DNA of 37,457 nucleotides from Octopus bimaculoides (Eukaryota), in contig NC_069004.1 in assembly GCF_001194135.2 (NCBI RefSeq), forward strand, positions 3,793,265-3,830,721, given 5' to 3'. The position numbers were made by a program, and so were the translations under genes. How positions within the stretch are numbered: position 1 is the first letter of the stretch; each line of letters begins with the position of its first letter. The notes under the pieces are model-generated. The model searched no databases and had not been told where the DNA came from. It saw nothing but the letters and a program-made list of their open reading frames with translations. Of the stretch, positions 35,349-37,457 are shown in pieces.

Positions 35349-36194
35349 CTTGTGTTGTGAAACAAGCATGCCTTTTAGCATATATTCTAAAATAAAAGAA
35401 AACAAAAACGGTGAGACTCTCTGGGAGCTTAGGATGGTACATTCAATACTTGTGAGTAGTTAGGATTGAAAGGGTTAAGAAACAGAGAAATTTAATTGAA
35501 GCAAACGAAAATTGTCTACTAGCGCCGTTGGCATTACTAAATACATATTTCTGTCTCCAGCAAGTATTTATTGGCAATCTCATACGAAAACACAATTCGC
35601 CATTACTAATAAAGTAAAACTGAAAATTACTAGTGTCACAATTGTCCAGCAAGGTGAATTAACAATGTATCGACTTTAAGCATGATAGCTAGATTGCTGT
35701 TTTGAACTAATACTTCTTCTGTCGTTCAAAACAAATAAACTAAAATAATTTATGGCGTATAGACTTCGTTCTACCCCACCCCATACTTTGCCATAAAGTA
35801 TTTTAGCTCCAATAAATATCGCAAAGTTTGTGTGTGTGTGTGTGTGTGTGAATCAGATAAAAATCTATGTAACCTTCTTTTAAAGATTGCCTTCATTGTT
35901 ATTTTGTCAGTTTAAAGTCGTTTCGCTTCATGCTTTATTAAATCACTCTCTCCTTTCACACACACACCCACACCCACCCAAACACACAATCATCGCTATT
36001 CCCATAACCACGCACACTCCCACCATTGTAATCTGATAGCTCCTTATATATTTTAAAAATTATCTTTGCACTCCATTGCAGTTTTCTTTTTCTGTTCGAC
36101 TCACAGACACCAACGTGGTACGTGCTGGTATACATCTGTATGCAGTAGTGTGTGTGTGTGTGTGTGTGTGTGTTTGTGTGTGTGTATTGACATA

Positions 36195-36420
36195 ATGGCC
36201 AATGCAGCGAGGCGTTATAATTTTTTACAACTGTATATCGGTTTGAATCTATATGCGTATATATGTATATGCATATGCTTGCATGTGTGTATATGTAACT
36301 CCCCCCCTCTCTCTCTAATCATGGCCAATGCAGGGGTGTGTCATAATTAGTGACAAACACGTATTTTATCATTTTTACGCATATTCTTGTATTGATATGA
36401 CGTCACGCTTCATTAGTCAT
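36195..36420. promoter_or_regulatory. Promoter-like cluster: duplicated CCAAT motif, CRE and AP-1-like site
   Basis: ATGGCCAATGCAG at 36195 and 36321, TGACGTCA at 36398-36405, followed by TTAGTCA. Lies 0.9-1.5 kb upstream of the first candidate exons. Confidence 0.3.
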
Positions 36421-36831
36421 GCGGGGAGAGAAATTTCTTAAGTTCATAAACCTGCATGACAAATGCTCCAGTTCGGTTTCACTTGCTTTCCTTATTTTCA
36501 CATTTATTAAGGAAGACATATCGGTTTAAGGTGTGGAAGTGCCACACAAAACACGATATAACGTTATTAAAATATTAACGTAATGTATTGGCCAAAAATT
36601 ATTCGTCTTTTGTATACGTGGGAAATTTTGTCACTTCGTTGGCAGACTTGGTTAGGCAATGCTGTGCTGATGAAATATATAATAGGTTGAAACATGTGCG
36701 TAATTGTCCCGTGGTTGATAACGAAAATTTGAAGAAAAAAAAGCAATCAACTTTTTTATGTCGTTAATTATTTGAATCAAACCCTTCTCATCGAGAATGG
36801 GGGTTGGGGGCGTAAGTAACAAGTAAATACA

Positions 36832-37188
36832 ACTTAACAATTAGTGTGATTAGGGCAGCGAACGCACGGTCACAAGTTCGCTGTTTCGATTCCCAGACCA
36901 GGCGTTGTTTATTGAGCGAAAACACCTAGAGCTTCGCGAGGCTCCGGCAGGGGGTGGTGGCGAACCCTGCTGTACTCTTTCACCACAACTTTCTCTCACA
37001 CATTCTTCCTGTTTCTGTTGTACCTGCATTTCGAAGGGCCGGCCTTGCCACGCTGAATCTCCCCAAGAACCACGTTAAGGGTACATGTATCTGTGGAGCA
37101 CTCAGCCACTTGCACTTTAATTTCACGAGCAGACTGTTCCGTTGATCGGATTAACTGGAACCCTCGTCGTCGTAACCGACGAAGTGCC
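36832..37188 (+). mobile_element. tRNA-derived SINE with the family-A 3' half but a different central domain
   Basis: Head ...ctgtttcgattcccagaccaggcg, distinct middle (gagcgaaaacacctagagc...gggggtggtggcgaaccctgctg), then the shared gttgtacctg...ctgtggagcactcagccacttgcac...gtaaccgacg tail. Confidence 0.75.
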
Positions 37189-37457
37189 ACGACGACGAAA
37201 GTTTTGATTAAATTTGTGTGTATGTGTTCTATCTTTTGTCTGCTTGCAGTGGTGTTAGATGCAGTGAAAACATTGATTTTGAATTAAAGTCTGCGAGATT
37301 AACTCCTTGAAGTTATTATTTCCCTGTGCCATTATAATTAACAATTACCGCTAGGTTATTTTTCTCTAAGACCACATCGATGTGTCTCCATCTTTCTCGG
37401 ATGCAGTCGTATATGTTTTTTTCTCATCAAGAGGAAAAGAAAGGTTTTGAACTCGCG

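Overview
Eukaryotic, AT-rich, microsatellite-dense genomic DNA with 8 assembly gaps (N runs). The repeat families and simple-repeat density look like a coleoid cephalopod, probably Octopus; this is an inference from recalled repeat sequences, not a database search. Almost all ORFs in the supplied track are artefacts of microsatellites, N runs or SINEs. Reading the minus strand for AG/GT-bounded unique sequence gives a phase-consistent chain of short exons (29-107 nt) across about 35 kb, encoding ...DISRWMDSDETFRDIWPRDRSRRSVAVTHDMSSDLKKTGSKRWIAIDHKVDEYDLVMTNFHPHGPEAYSTTLRKTPYECLEKDQRLLRLP(E)21KIQHEVAKRRPKDHSFNETWTR. I do not recognise this protein. The introns hold several tRNA-derived SINE families, hAT-type and mariner-type MITEs, a LINE 3' fragment and a minisatellite-bearing repeat. 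The most striking non-coding feature is a tRNA-headed element at about 25.1-25.4 kb. It has a Penelope-like tail containing a minimal hammerhead-ribozyme motif and a 76-bp inverted copy of its own end. No CRISPR array, rRNA or intact tRNA gene was found.
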